From Acidobacteriota bacterium (lineage in GTDB: Bacteria; Acidobacteriota; Thermoanaerobaculia; Gp7-AA8), in NCBI GenBank assembly GCA_046723495.1, contig JBKOUP010000528.1:1-32775 (forward strand): DNA of 32,775 nt, given 5' to 3'. Below are positions 1 through 10,559 of the stretch, piece after piece. The notes under the pieces are model-generated. The model made no database searches, had not been told where the DNA came from, and saw only the letters and a program-made list of their open reading frames with translations. The number at the start of each line of letters is the position of its first letter. Within the stretch, counting starts at the first letter, position 1. The position numbers and the translations under genes were made by a program.

Positions 1-1
1 C

Positions 2-151
2 CATCTCACCGGGCAAGCCTTCGACGTGAAGCCGCAGGATGCCGATGCCGATGCCATTCAGGCGGACATCCGCGCGCTGCCGGGACTGCAGAAGTTCCTG
101 ACGAAGGAAGGCGGCCTCGTCCGCTGGCACGCGCAGTTCAACGAGGCGTAG
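2..151 (+). CDS. 3' end of a probable peptidase M15-like (LAS zinc peptidase) protein, truncated by the window edge
   Basis: Frame 2 is open to TAG 149-151 and reads HLTGQAFDV...VRWHAQF, matching the HxxGxAxD and downstream His motifs of M15 peptidases. Only 49 aa are visible. Confidence 0.55.
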   Translation, partial: HLTGQAFDVKPQDADADAIQADIRALPGLQKFLTKEGGLVRWHAQFNEA

Positions 152-168
152 CGCTTGCAACCTCGGCA

Positions 169-1866
169 GTGATGCTGAAAGCGCGCGATCTCGCCGCGTA
201 CCGCGATCTCCTCGTCCTCTTCACGCGTTACGGGCGCAAGGACTTTCGTCTCTCGCTCGCCCCCGAGGACCTCATTACCGCCGACGAAGGCGACGCCGTC
301 ATCGAGCCGGACGTCGCCAAGCGCGCCAAGGCCTTCGCCGAGTCGCTGAAGAAGATGGGGCCGACGTACGTGAAGTTCGGCCAGGTCCTCTCCACGCGTC
401 CGGACATCGTCCCGCCCGAGTACATTACCGAGCTGGAGTCGCTGCAGGACTCCCTCGAGCCCTTCTCTTTCGCCGAGGTCGAGCGCATCGTCGAGGAGGA
501 CCTCGGCGTGCGCATCTCCAAAGCCTTCGAGCGCTTCGAGTCGACGCCGCTGGCCGCCGCGTCGCTCGGCCAGGTCCACCGGGCCATCCTGCGCGACGGC
601 ACCGAGGTCGTCGTCAAGGTCCAGCGGCCGGACGTGCGCGAGCAGGTGCGCGACGAGCTCGATGCCTTCCACGACATCGCCCGCTCGCTCGATCAGCACT
701 CCGAGATCGCCCGCAAGCTCAACCTCGTCGGCGCCATCGAGCAGGCCCGCATCACGCTGACGAACGAGCTCAATTACCTCCAGGAGGCGCGCAACGCCGA
801 GGTGCTGCGCCACAACCTGGCCCCGTTCCGCCAGATTTACGTGCCCCGCGTGATCCACGACATGAGCACCTCGCGCGTGCTGACGACGGAGCTCGTGCGC
901 GGGCGCAAAGTCTCCAAGCTGACGCCGCTCTCGCTCATCGAGAACGATTACGCCGAGCTGGCCGCGGTGCTGACGCGCGCCTACCTCAAGCAGATCTGCG
1001 TCGACGGCTTCTGGCACACCGACCCCCATCCGGGAAACGTCTTCATCCGCGACACGGACGGCGAGCCGCAGGTCGTCCTCCTCGACTTCGGGCAAGTCAG
1101 CCACATCAGCCACGAGCTGCAGGACGAGATCATCAAGCTGCTCCTGGCCATCTCCTCGAACCGCGGCCACGAGGTCGCCGACGCCTGCGTGCGCGTGTCG
1201 GAGGTGCAGGAAACCTTCGACGTATCGCATTTCATCAACGACATCTCCACGATCGTGGCCAATTTCCACGACGCCGACGCCCGCCAGATCAACGCCGGAC
1301 AGCTGATCTTTCACCTGATCGCCATCGCCAACAGCGACGGCCTGAAGGCGCCGGCGGAGCTGGCCATGCTCGGCAAGACGCTGCTGCACCTCGACGGGAT
1401 CACGAAGAAGCTCGACCGCGACTTCGATCCCCAGACGGTGATCCGCGGCTACGCCGAGGAGCTGATCGCGCAGAAGCTGACGCAGAAGTTCAACCCGCGG
1501 AACTTCTATCCCGCCCTGCTCGACCTCAACCAACTTTTCCTCGACCTCCCCCACCGCACCCGCGAGATCCTCGACCAGACCGCCGCCGGCCGGCTGACGT
1601 TCGCGATCAAGCTGACCCAGGCGGAGGTCTTCCTGGCCGGCATCCACAAGATTGCCTACCGCATCACCGTCGGCGCCGTGGCGGCAGCGCTGCTGATCTC
1701 GTCGACGATGCTGATGCGCGTCCCCAGCCGCTTCTCGCTCCTCGGCTATCCGGGCCTGGCCGTGATCGGCTACTTCATCTCCATGATCGTGGCGCTGTAC
1801 CTGGTGATCTCGATCCTGATGCGGGACCGGCAGGACGAGGAGAAGGCGAAGACGAAGGGGCCGTGA
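169..1866 (+). CDS. AarF/ABC1/UbiB family atypical kinase with C-terminal transmembrane helices
   Basis: GPTYVKFGQVLSTRPD, AAASLGQVHRA, VVVKVQRP, HTDPHPGN and LLDFG motifs; two hydrophobic C-terminal segments. Start is GTG 169 or ATG 172. Confidence 0.93.
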   Translation: MMLKARDLAAYRDLLVLFTRYGRKDFRLSLAPEDLITADEGDAVIEPDVAKRAKAFAESLKKMGPTYVKFGQVLSTRPDIVPPEYITELESLQDSLEPFSFAEVERIVEEDLGVRISKAFERFESTPLAAASLGQVHRAILRDGTEVVVKVQRPDVREQVRDELDAFHDIARSLDQHSEIARKLNLVGAIEQARITLTNELNYLQEARNAEVLRHNLAPFRQIYVPRVIHDMSTSRVLTTELVRGRKVSKLTPLSLIENDYAELAAVLTRAYLKQICVDGFWHTDPHPGNVFIRDTDGEPQVVLLDFGQVSHISHELQDEIIKLLLAISSNRGHEVADACVRVSEVQETFDVSHFINDISTIVANFHDADARQINAGQLIFHLIAIANSDGLKAPAELAMLGKTLLHLDGITKKLDRDFDPQTVIRGYAEELIAQKLTQKFNPRNFYPALLDLNQLFLDLPHRTREILDQTAAGRLTFAIKLTQAEVFLAGIHKIAYRITVGAVAAALLISSTMLMRVPSRFSLLGYPGLAVIGYFISMIVALYLVISILMRDRQDEEKAKTKGP

Positions 1867-1872
1867 GAGTTG

Positions 1873-1938
1873 TTAGTTCTTGGTTCTTAGTTCTTAGTTT
1901 GCATCCCGACCAACTAAGAACTAAGAACCAAGAACTAA
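1873..1938. repeat. Heptamer-tandem hairpin (TTCTTAG/CTAAGAA); probable bidirectional terminator
   Basis: Perfect 27-bp inverted repeat 1873-1899/1912-1938 with a 12-nt loop, between convergent genes. It contains the lptE stop codon (1935-1937). Confidence 0.92.
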
Positions 1939-2453
1939 AAACCCTCCAAAAGATTCGTCACCAGCGTCGACGCAAAGCGCACGGCGATCTCCCGGATCGC
2001 GCGCGTCTCCTGGTCGAAGGCGTCCGTCGACTCCGTGTTCGTCTGGTAGTTCTCGGTGAAGCGGTACTGGTCGTTCTTCCACAGCACCTTGTCGTCGGCG
2101 CGGTGGTCGACGAGCTCGATGTTCGCGGTGATGGCCACCTGGTACTGCGTGGCCCGGCCTTGGGCATTGAAGGCGATGGGGAAGATGCCGAAGCTGTCGA
2201 TCGAGCCGCGCAGGATCACGTCGGCCTCGGCCGGCACGGTGACGAGGCGGAGGCGGCCGCGCGACACGAACTCGTCGGCCACCGCCTGCGTCACGCGCTG
2301 CTCCAGCTCCACGCGCGTCGTGCGGTTCACGAAGGCCGGCACCTGGATCGTGTGCACCGTGGGCGGGAGCAGGTTCTGGGCCCGCCCGACCAGCGTGTAG
2401 CCGCAGGCCGTGGCGATCAACCAACAGCCTGCGGCGGCGAGGGCGTGCTTCAT
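1935..2453 (-). CDS. lptE: LPS assembly lipoprotein LptE
   Basis: MKHALAAAGCWLIATAC-GYTL lipobox, IQVPAFVNRT motif and position downstream of leuS. ATG 2453 overlaps the upstream stop (ATGA); the longer track ORF is spurious upstream of this. Confidence 0.85.
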   Translation of the reverse strand: MKHALAAAGCWLIATACGYTLVGRAQNLLPPTVHTIQVPAFVNRTTRVELEQRVTQAVADEFVSRGRLRLVTVPAEADVILRGSIDSFGIFPIAFNAQGRATQYQVAITANIELVDHRADDKVLWKNDQYRFTENYQTNTESTDAFDQETRAIREIAVRFASTLVTNLLEGF

Positions 2454-3234
2454 CGCTTGTAGGTCACGTGCACGGCCAGGTCGTCGAGGTTCTTCTTCTT
2501 CGACATGGCCTCGAACTTCTCCATGTCGTACTCCCAGATCAGCGTCTGCCCTTCCTGGCGCGTGGCGTTGGAGGAGACAACTTTGAACGGCGCGGTGATG
2601 CGGTAGGTCACGCGCATCTTCTTGAAGGCGTCCTTGATCATCTTCTCCGTCTCGGGATCGGCCGGCGGTCCGCCGCCTTCCTTCTTCTCCTCCTGCACCT
2701 TCTCGCTCGGATTCTGCGGCTTGGTGCGGATCGTGACCAGGTCGCCCTTCTCCACGACTTCGAGCCCTTCGAACGGCGTGTCGATCACGCTCTTCTTCGT
2801 CGGGTCTTCGCTCTTCGCCGAGGGCAGCTTCACACCGACGAGATGGCTGAGCTTGTCGAAGCCGAACTTGAAGTAGGTGTCGACGCCGAAGTCGGCCTCC
2901 TTGGCATCGAAGGAGATCAGCTTCACGCCCGGCGGCAGACCTTTCTCGACGTCTTCTTTCTTCGGTTTCTCGCCGGAGTCGGCCTTGGCGGTGCTCTTCT
3001 TCGCCGACTTCTTGAACTCGGCCTTGGCCTTGGCGATCTCCTCGGGCGGGACCGGGCCGGTCTTCCCTTCCATGGAGCGGCCGACCTGGGCCATGATCAC
3101 GACCATCGGCTCCATGTCGATGCCGAGGTGAAAGTCGGCGGTGCCGGACATGTCGGACTTCAGCGTGATGGCGTTGTCGATCTGAAAACAGCCGCACAGC
3201 AGCAAAAGAATAGAGAGGGCGACGCTCTGTTTTT

Positions 3235-3238
<4 letters not shown>
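2450..3238 (-). CDS. Hypothetical lipoprotein (LppM/DUF3153-like)
   Basis: Lipobox LLLCGC; ITLKSDMSG start and VVSSNAT...TLIWEY end resemble LppM-like proteins. ATGA-coupled to leuS and lptE. Confidence 0.7.
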
Positions 3239-5730
<2,492 letters not shown>

Positions 5731-5738
5731 AGCGGCGG

Positions 5739-5744
5739 AGTATA
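5739..5744 (-). promoter_or_regulatory. -10 box TATACT 8 nt before the leuS ATG (leaderless-type)
   Basis: Minus strand reads TATACT-ccgccgct-ATG with no SD sequence. Confidence 0.6.
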
Positions 5745-5749
5745 CCGGC

Positions 5750-6187
5750 TCAAATTTCGTAGACGAACGTGACCGGGCCGTCGTTCTCGAGCGACACGAT
5801 CATCATTTCGCGGAAGCGGCCGGTGGCGACTTGGATGCCGGTCGACGCGAGCGCGCCGGCGAACAGCTCGAACAGCTCGCGCGCTCTGTTGGGCTCCTCG
5901 GCGTTATCGAAGCTGGGGCGGCGGCCCTTGGCGATCGATCCGGCCAGCGTGAACTGCGAGACGGCCAGGATCGCACCGCCGGCCTCGCTGACGTCGCGAT
6001 TCATCTTGCCGGCGTCGTCGCTGAAGATGCGCAGCTCGCGAATCTTGCGCGCGGCGTCGCGCATGGCCTGCTCGCCGTCGCCCTTCTCGACCGCGGCGAG
6101 AACCAGCAGGCCGGCGCCGATCTCGGAGACGAGCTCGCCGGCGACGGAAACCGAGGCCCGGCGCACGCGTTGAATGACGCACTTCAT
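5750..6187 (-). CDS. dtd: D-aminoacyl-tRNA deacylase
   Basis: MKCVIQRV, LRIF.D..GKMN, SQFTL, GRRPSF and NDGPVT motifs. Confidence 0.97.
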   Translation of the reverse strand: MKCVIQRVRRASVSVAGELVSEIGAGLLVLAAVEKGDGEQAMRDAARKIRELRIFSDDAGKMNRDVSEAGGAILAVSQFTLAGSIAKGRRPSFDNAEEPNRARELFELFAGALASTGIQVATGRFREMMIVSLENDGPVTFVYEI

Positions 6188-6222
6188 AGACGCGATCGTA
6201 ACTGACCGCGTACACGTGCACG

Positions 6223-7125
6223 ATGGTTCTCTTCTTCCGCATCGCCGCCGTGATCTGGGGCATTGCCGCCGGGCCCGACGGCAATCTCTGGTTCCCGACC
6301 GCGGCAGGCGTCGCGCGCATGACGCCCGCGGGCGCCGTCACGATCTTCGCGGCCGGCCCGATCTCCGCGGGGCGGGCCATGATCTGCGCCGGTCCGGACG
6401 GCCGCATGTGGTTCACCGAGCCGTACGAGCATCGCATCGGCGCGGTGACGATGGGTGGCATCGTGACGGAGTACGCGCTTCCGGTCGACGCCATTCCGAT
6501 GGGCATCACCGCCGGCGCCGACGGCAACGTCTGGTTCGGCACGAGCGGCGCGGTCGGCAGGATCACGCCGGCGGGCGGCCTGACGCTCTTCCCGCTCAGC
6601 GGCCACGCCGAGGTCTTCGATCTCGCCCTCGGCGGCGACGGCAACGTCTGGTTCGTCGAGTGGCCGCAGAGCGTGGTTGGGCGGATTACGCCCGAGGGGA
6701 TGATCACGCAGTTCCCGACGCCGTGCTGCGGACCGACGTCGATCGCCCGCGGCGACGACGGCGCGCTCTGGCTCGCCTTCGAGCACGCCGTGGGCCGGAT
6801 GTCGACCGACGGCGTCGTCACGATGTTCGCGATGAAGGAGTCGATCACCGTCGTCGGGAACGGTCCCGACGGGAAGATCTGGTTCGGCACCGAATTCACG
6901 CCGCGCCTCGGCATCGTCGACGGCATCAGCGTCGATCTCCCCTCGCAGATCCCGGCCGTCAAGGAGATCGCGGCCGGACCCGACGGCAGCGTCTGGGCCA
7001 CCGTCGACTCTCCGCCGAACATCTGCACGCTTCTCTGCCCGCCGCCCGATCCGACGCCGCCGATCGCCATCGTGCGCGTGAACCCGCACGCGCCGCGGCG
7101 CCGCGCTACACGTAGCGGCGGATGA
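6223..7125 (+). CDS. Vgb-like (virginiamycin B lyase-type) beta-propeller repeat protein
   Basis: About seven repeats of I.AGPDGN.WF...GRIT; Pro-rich tail ending PRRRATRSGG. The start is uncertain. Confidence 0.8.
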   Translation: MVLFFRIAAVIWGIAAGPDGNLWFPTAAGVARMTPAGAVTIFAAGPISAGRAMICAGPDGRMWFTEPYEHRIGAVTMGGIVTEYALPVDAIPMGITAGADGNVWFGTSGAVGRITPAGGLTLFPLSGHAEVFDLALGGDGNVWFVEWPQSVVGRITPEGMITQFPTPCCGPTSIARGDDGALWLAFEHAVGRMSTDGVVTMFAMKESITVVGNGPDGKIWFGTEFTPRLGIVDGISVDLPSQIPAVKEIAAGPDGSVWATVDSPPNICTLLCPPPDPTPPIAIVRVNPHAPRRRATRSGG

Positions 7126-7624
7126 GCGCCACGACCGGCGCCAGGAACGACGGAAGGATCAGGCTCCACTTCAGGTGCGAGGCGGCGCTGCCGATCATCG
7201 CCAGGCCCGGCGAGAGCGTGTGCGTCTTGCGCCAGCAGAGGACGATGGTGATGAACGTGAAGTTTTCGCAGTAGTCGAAGAGCGCCGCCAGCAGCGGCAG
7301 GAGCACGAGCAGGCGCCATCCACGCGGCCGGAGCCCGACGACGGCGACGGCGAAGAGAAGCCCGTAAACGGCCGGAAAGGCGAGATCGAGCTGCCACTCC
7401 TGCGCGAGGTAACGGTCGAGCTGGTCCGCGCGCTCGAAGCTGACCAGGATGTCGGCGATGTCGGACGGATTCACCCCGCACGTCGTGCCATCAAACGAGC
7501 TGCGCGGGTAGTGCGCGCTGTAAAGATAGAAGAGGGCGTTGAAGACGAGGAAGAAGAGCAGCAGCGTCAAAAACGTCCGCCAGCTGACGATGCGCTCGAT
7601 TCGTTCCCAGATCCAGTCAATCAT
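7106..7624 (-). CDS. Hypothetical integral membrane protein
   Basis: Four to five hydrophobic segments, LDLAFP and FDYCEN motifs; 20-nt convergent overlap with the previous gene. Confidence 0.75.
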   Translation of the reverse strand: MIDWIWERIERIVSWRTFLTLLLFFLVFNALFYLYSAHYPRSSFDGTTCGVNPSDIADILVSFERADQLDRYLAQEWQLDLAFPAVYGLLFAVAVVGLRPRGWRLLVLLPLLAALFDYCENFTFITIVLCWRKTHTLSPGLAMIGSAASHLKWSLILPSFLAPVVALIRRYV

Positions 7625-7671
7625 GCTTGTCTACAGACGGTAGAAAACGAACGGCCGTGAACGGAATCGCT

Positions 7672-7677
7672 TACAAT
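7672..7677 (+). promoter_or_regulatory. Candidate -10 box TACAAT for ssb
   Basis: TACAAT lies about 85 nt upstream of the ATG; an SD-like AAGGGGAG is at about 7746-7752. Confidence 0.45.
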
Positions 7678-7760
7678 TCCTTCACCCACACAGGCTGCGC
7701 CCGTGTCGCGCCGGCCCATCAGCCGTCGCCGGAATTCACATCAACAAGGGAGTGCAATCG

Positions 7761-8198
7761 ATGGTCAACAAAGTCATTTTGATCGGGCGGCTCGGCAAGG
7801 ATCCGGAGATCCGCTCGACCGCAGGCGGCCAGACCGTCTGCCGCTTCAGCCTCGCCACCGACGAGAAGTTCACCGACCGCAACGGCGAGAAGCAGGAGCG
7901 GACGGAGTGGCACAACATCGTGGTCTGGGGAAAGCTCGCCGAGATCTGCGGGCAGTACCTGCGCAAGGGAAAGCTCGTCTACATCGACGGCTCGATCCGC
8001 ACCGACAGCTGGGACGACAAGGAGACCGGCCAGAAGAAGTACAAGACCGACATCGTCGCCCAGAACATGAAGATGCTCGACCGCAAAGGCGACGACGAAG
8101 GCGGCGCCTACGCCGGCAGCGGCAGCTACGCCGGAGCCCGCAAGGGCGCCGCGGCGCCCGCGACGGAGATCGAAGACGACGACGAAGTGCCGTTCTAG
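7761..8198 (+). CDS. ssb: Single-stranded DNA-binding protein
   Basis: VNKVILIGRLGKDPE, TEWHNIV, LRKGKLVYIDG and an acidic tail DDDEVPF. Alternative start GTG 7752. Confidence 0.97.
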   Translation: MVNKVILIGRLGKDPEIRSTAGGQTVCRFSLATDEKFTDRNGEKQERTEWHNIVVWGKLAEICGQYLRKGKLVYIDGSIRTDSWDDKETGQKKYKTDIVAQNMKMLDRKGDDEGGAYAGSGSYAGARKGAAAPATEIEDDDEVPF

Positions 8199-8274
8199 GT
8201 CATAGGGAACAGGGAACAGGTGACAGGGGCTGAATCGCTACCTGTCGCCTGTCACCTGTCACCCGTACCCTGTT
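8197..8274. repeat. Degenerate heptamer-tandem hairpin (AGGGAAC/AGGTGAC vs GTCACCT)
   Basis: Left arm about 8197-8227, right arm about 8241-8274, 13-nt loop, several mismatches. Confidence 0.75.
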
Positions 8275-8285
8275 ATCCTCCGCAG

Positions 8286-8909
8286 ATGTATCGCGGCGAG
8301 CGATTCAACGCCATCACGCACGTCGTCGGTTCCGTCCTGGCCGTGGCCGGCGGCTCCGTGGCCATCGCTCTGGCGGCGCGGCGCGGCGGAGCGTCGAGGA
8401 TCGCCGCCGTCGCCGTCTATGCGGCGATGCTCGTCATCCTCTATCTCAGCTCGACGCTCTACCACTCGCTGCGCGGCGCGCCGAAGCGGGTCTTCGACGT
8501 CTTCGACCACTGCGCGATCTACCTCCTCATCGCCGGCACCTACACCCCCTTCACGCTCGTGACCCTCGGCGGCAAATGGGGCTGGTGGCTCTTCGGCGTC
8601 GTCTGGACGCTGGCCATCCTCGGCGTGCTGAAGGACATCCTCCTGCACGGCCGCTACCGCGCCGTCTCCATCGTGCTGTACACGCTGATGGGATGGCTGA
8701 TCCTCGTCGCCTCGCAGCCGCTGTCGCGGGCCATGCCCCGGCCTGGCATCCTCCTGCTACTGGCCGGCGGCGTCGTCTACACGATCGGCATCGGTTTCTT
8801 CGCCATGTCCAATCGCGTGGCGCACATGCACGGCGTCTGGCACCTCTGCGTGCTCGGCGGGAGCGTGTTCCACTACGTCGCCGTCGTGCGCTACGTGGCC
8901 TTGCGTTAA
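8286..8909 (+). CDS. Hemolysin III / PAQR family membrane protein
   Basis: ERFNAITH, SSTLYH, DHCAIYLLIAGTYTP and HGVWHLCVL motifs; about 7 TM segments. Extended -10 TGtTATCCT lies 6 nt before the ATG. Confidence 0.93.
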   Translation: MYRGERFNAITHVVGSVLAVAGGSVAIALAARRGGASRIAAVAVYAAMLVILYLSSTLYHSLRGAPKRVFDVFDHCAIYLLIAGTYTPFTLVTLGGKWGWWLFGVVWTLAILGVLKDILLHGRYRAVSIVLYTLMGWLILVASQPLSRAMPRPGILLLLAGGVVYTIGIGFFAMSNRVAHMHGVWHLCVLGGSVFHYVAVVRYVALR

Positions 8910-9430
8910 CTCACGCCGTAGCGCTCGCGCAGGACCTTCAGATGGTGCCGTTCGTGCCCGAGCACGATGTGGGCGAGGGCGCGCACGGAGACGCCGGCGT
9001 CGTTCGCCGTCCCGCTGCGCCGCCAGGCCTCGTCGGAGAAGCCGCGGAACAGCGCCAGCGTCGCCGCCCGCGCCGCCGCGTACGCCGCGGCGATCTCGCC
9101 CATCGGGCGCTGGTCGAAGTTCGCGTGCTTCATGTACTCCCGCTCGTCGAAGCCCGGCAGCGAGGTCTTGTCGCCGCGGGCGATGGCCAGGGCGCGGTAG
9201 GCGAAGATGTGCTCGCCGTCGGTGAAATGTCCGACGACTTCCTTCACGCTCCACTTCTCCGGCGCGTAGCGATGCGAGGCTTTCGCTTCGTCGATGCGCG
9301 CCAGCAGCGCCGAGGTCTCGGCGGCCTGCGACTCCAGCGCGGCGACGACGTCGTCCTCGGTCACATTGCCGACGTAATCGGCGTAGAACGATGCGTATTC
9401 GGTCGAGTCCGGGTGTCCAACGTTTGCCAT
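8906..9430 (-). CDS. DinB family protein (YfiT-like metal-binding helical bundle)
   Basis: YAPEKWSVKEVVGH, LPGFDE and GHERHH motifs. Confidence 0.88.
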   Translation of the reverse strand: MANVGHPDSTEYASFYADYVGNVTEDDVVAALESQAAETSALLARIDEAKASHRYAPEKWSVKEVVGHFTDGEHIFAYRALAIARGDKTSLPGFDEREYMKHANFDQRPMGEIAAAYAAARAATLALFRGFSDEAWRRSGTANDAGVSVRALAHIVLGHERHHLKVLRERYGVS

Positions 9431-9440
9431 GGGGAAAATT

Positions 9441-10559
9441 CTACGTCCACTCCTCCCGCCCGGTCGTCCCCGTCCGCGGCGCGCTGACGACTTCGTGCTC
9501 CGAGCGCGTGCGGTACATCTCGGCGATGAAGCGCGCGGCCTCGTCCTGCACCTCCTCGAAACGCGCCACCGGCGGCGGCGCGGCGGCGCGCAGCCGGGCG
9601 ATGTGGGCGCGGTAGCGCTCGCCGTGGAGGATGGCCTCGTCGAAGCGGGGGCGGAAGGCCGGGTTCGTGTCGGCGAGGTTGCGCAGGTGGCGCTTGAGGT
9701 CGAGCACGCGCTCGATGTGGCTGCAGAAGTTGATCACGTCGTTGCCGGCCAGGACGGCGCGGTCGGCGAGCATCTCGTACGCGCCGAGGTCGGCGACGGC
9801 GTGCATCTCCATGTCGTCGCTGACCGTGAGGCCGCGGAAGCCGAGCGTCCCGCGCAGCAGGCCGGTCGTGATGCGCCGGCTCAGCGTTGCCGGCGTCGCC
9901 GGATCGATCTGCGGATACGTGCCGTGGCCGACCATCACCGCTCCCGCCTCGTGCATGAGGCGCGCGAACGGAACGAGGTCGCGCCCGAGCAGCTCCTCCT
10001 CCGAGCAATCGATGATCGTCGTGCTGTAGTGCGAGTCGGCCGAGCCGAGGCCGATGCCGGGGAAGTGCTTGAGACACGAGGCCGTGCCGGCCGCGTGCAG
10101 CCCGCGCATGAACGCGCCGCCGAGCTCCGCGTCGCGCTCGGCGTCGTCGCTGAACGTGTGCCGCTCCAGCCCCTCGGGGTGCCGCTCGCCGCGGACGTCG
10201 ACGACCGGCGCGAGATCGACCTCGATGTCGAGCCAGCGCAGGGCCATCCCCATCACGCGCCCCGACCACGCCGCCAGCGTCGCCGCGTCGGCGCCTTCCT
10301 CGAAGGCCTGCGCGCTCGGCAGCCCCGGGATCAGCGTGCGCAGGCGATCGACGCGGCCGCCTTCCTGGTCGATCATGAACACCGGCGGCCGCTTGGCGTT
10401 CGCTTTGATCTCCGCGATCAGCGCGCGGAGCTGCTCGGGCGTGTCGATGTTGCGCCCGAAGAGGACAATCGCGTACGGCGCGACGTCGACGATGATCCGC
10501 CGCTCGAGCTCCGTGAGCGCCGTGCCGGTGAGGCCGATTCCGAGCAGTTGCGTTCCCAT
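9441..10559 (-). CDS. nagZ: Glycoside hydrolase family 3, beta-N-acetylhexosaminidase
   Basis: IDQEGGRVDR, LAPVVD, KHFPG....DSH and SDDMEM motifs. ATG 10559 overlaps the mutS stop (TGATG). Confidence 0.85.
   Translation of the reverse strand: MGTQLLGIGLTGTALTELERRIIVDVAPYAIVLFGRNIDTPEQLRALIAEIKANAKRPPVFMIDQEGGRVDRLRTLIPGLPSAQAFEEGADAATLAAWSGRVMGMALRWLDIEVDLAPVVDVRGERHPEGLERHTFSDDAERDAELGGAFMRGLHAAGTASCLKHFPGIGLGSADSHYSTTIIDCSEEELLGRDLVPFARLMHEAGAVMVGHGTYPQIDPATPATLSRRITTGLLRGTLGFRGLTVSDDMEMHAVADLGAYEMLADRAVLAGNDVINFCSHIERVLDLKRHLRNLADTNPAFRPRFDEAILHGERYRAHIARLRAAAPPPVARFEEVQDEAARFIAEMYRTRSEHEVVSAPRTGTTGREEWT

Noticed and set aside
1935-3197. Track ORFs with long N-terminal extensions (lptE 420 aa, nagZ 480 aa, ACP 168 aa, YHS 239 aa, cytochrome c 161 aa)
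   Set aside because: The extensions overlap real neighbouring genes; better starts with a lipobox, SD or stop-start coupling exist downstream.
6223-7125. Calling this gene a true streptogramin-resistance lyase (vgb)
   Set aside because: Only the propeller repeat pattern is evident; catalytic residues cannot be confirmed by eye.
7649-7662. GAAC-N6-GAAC upstream of ssb as a LexA box
   Set aside because: The direct-repeat LexA box (GTTC-N7-GTTC type) needs a 7-nt spacer; this one has 6.
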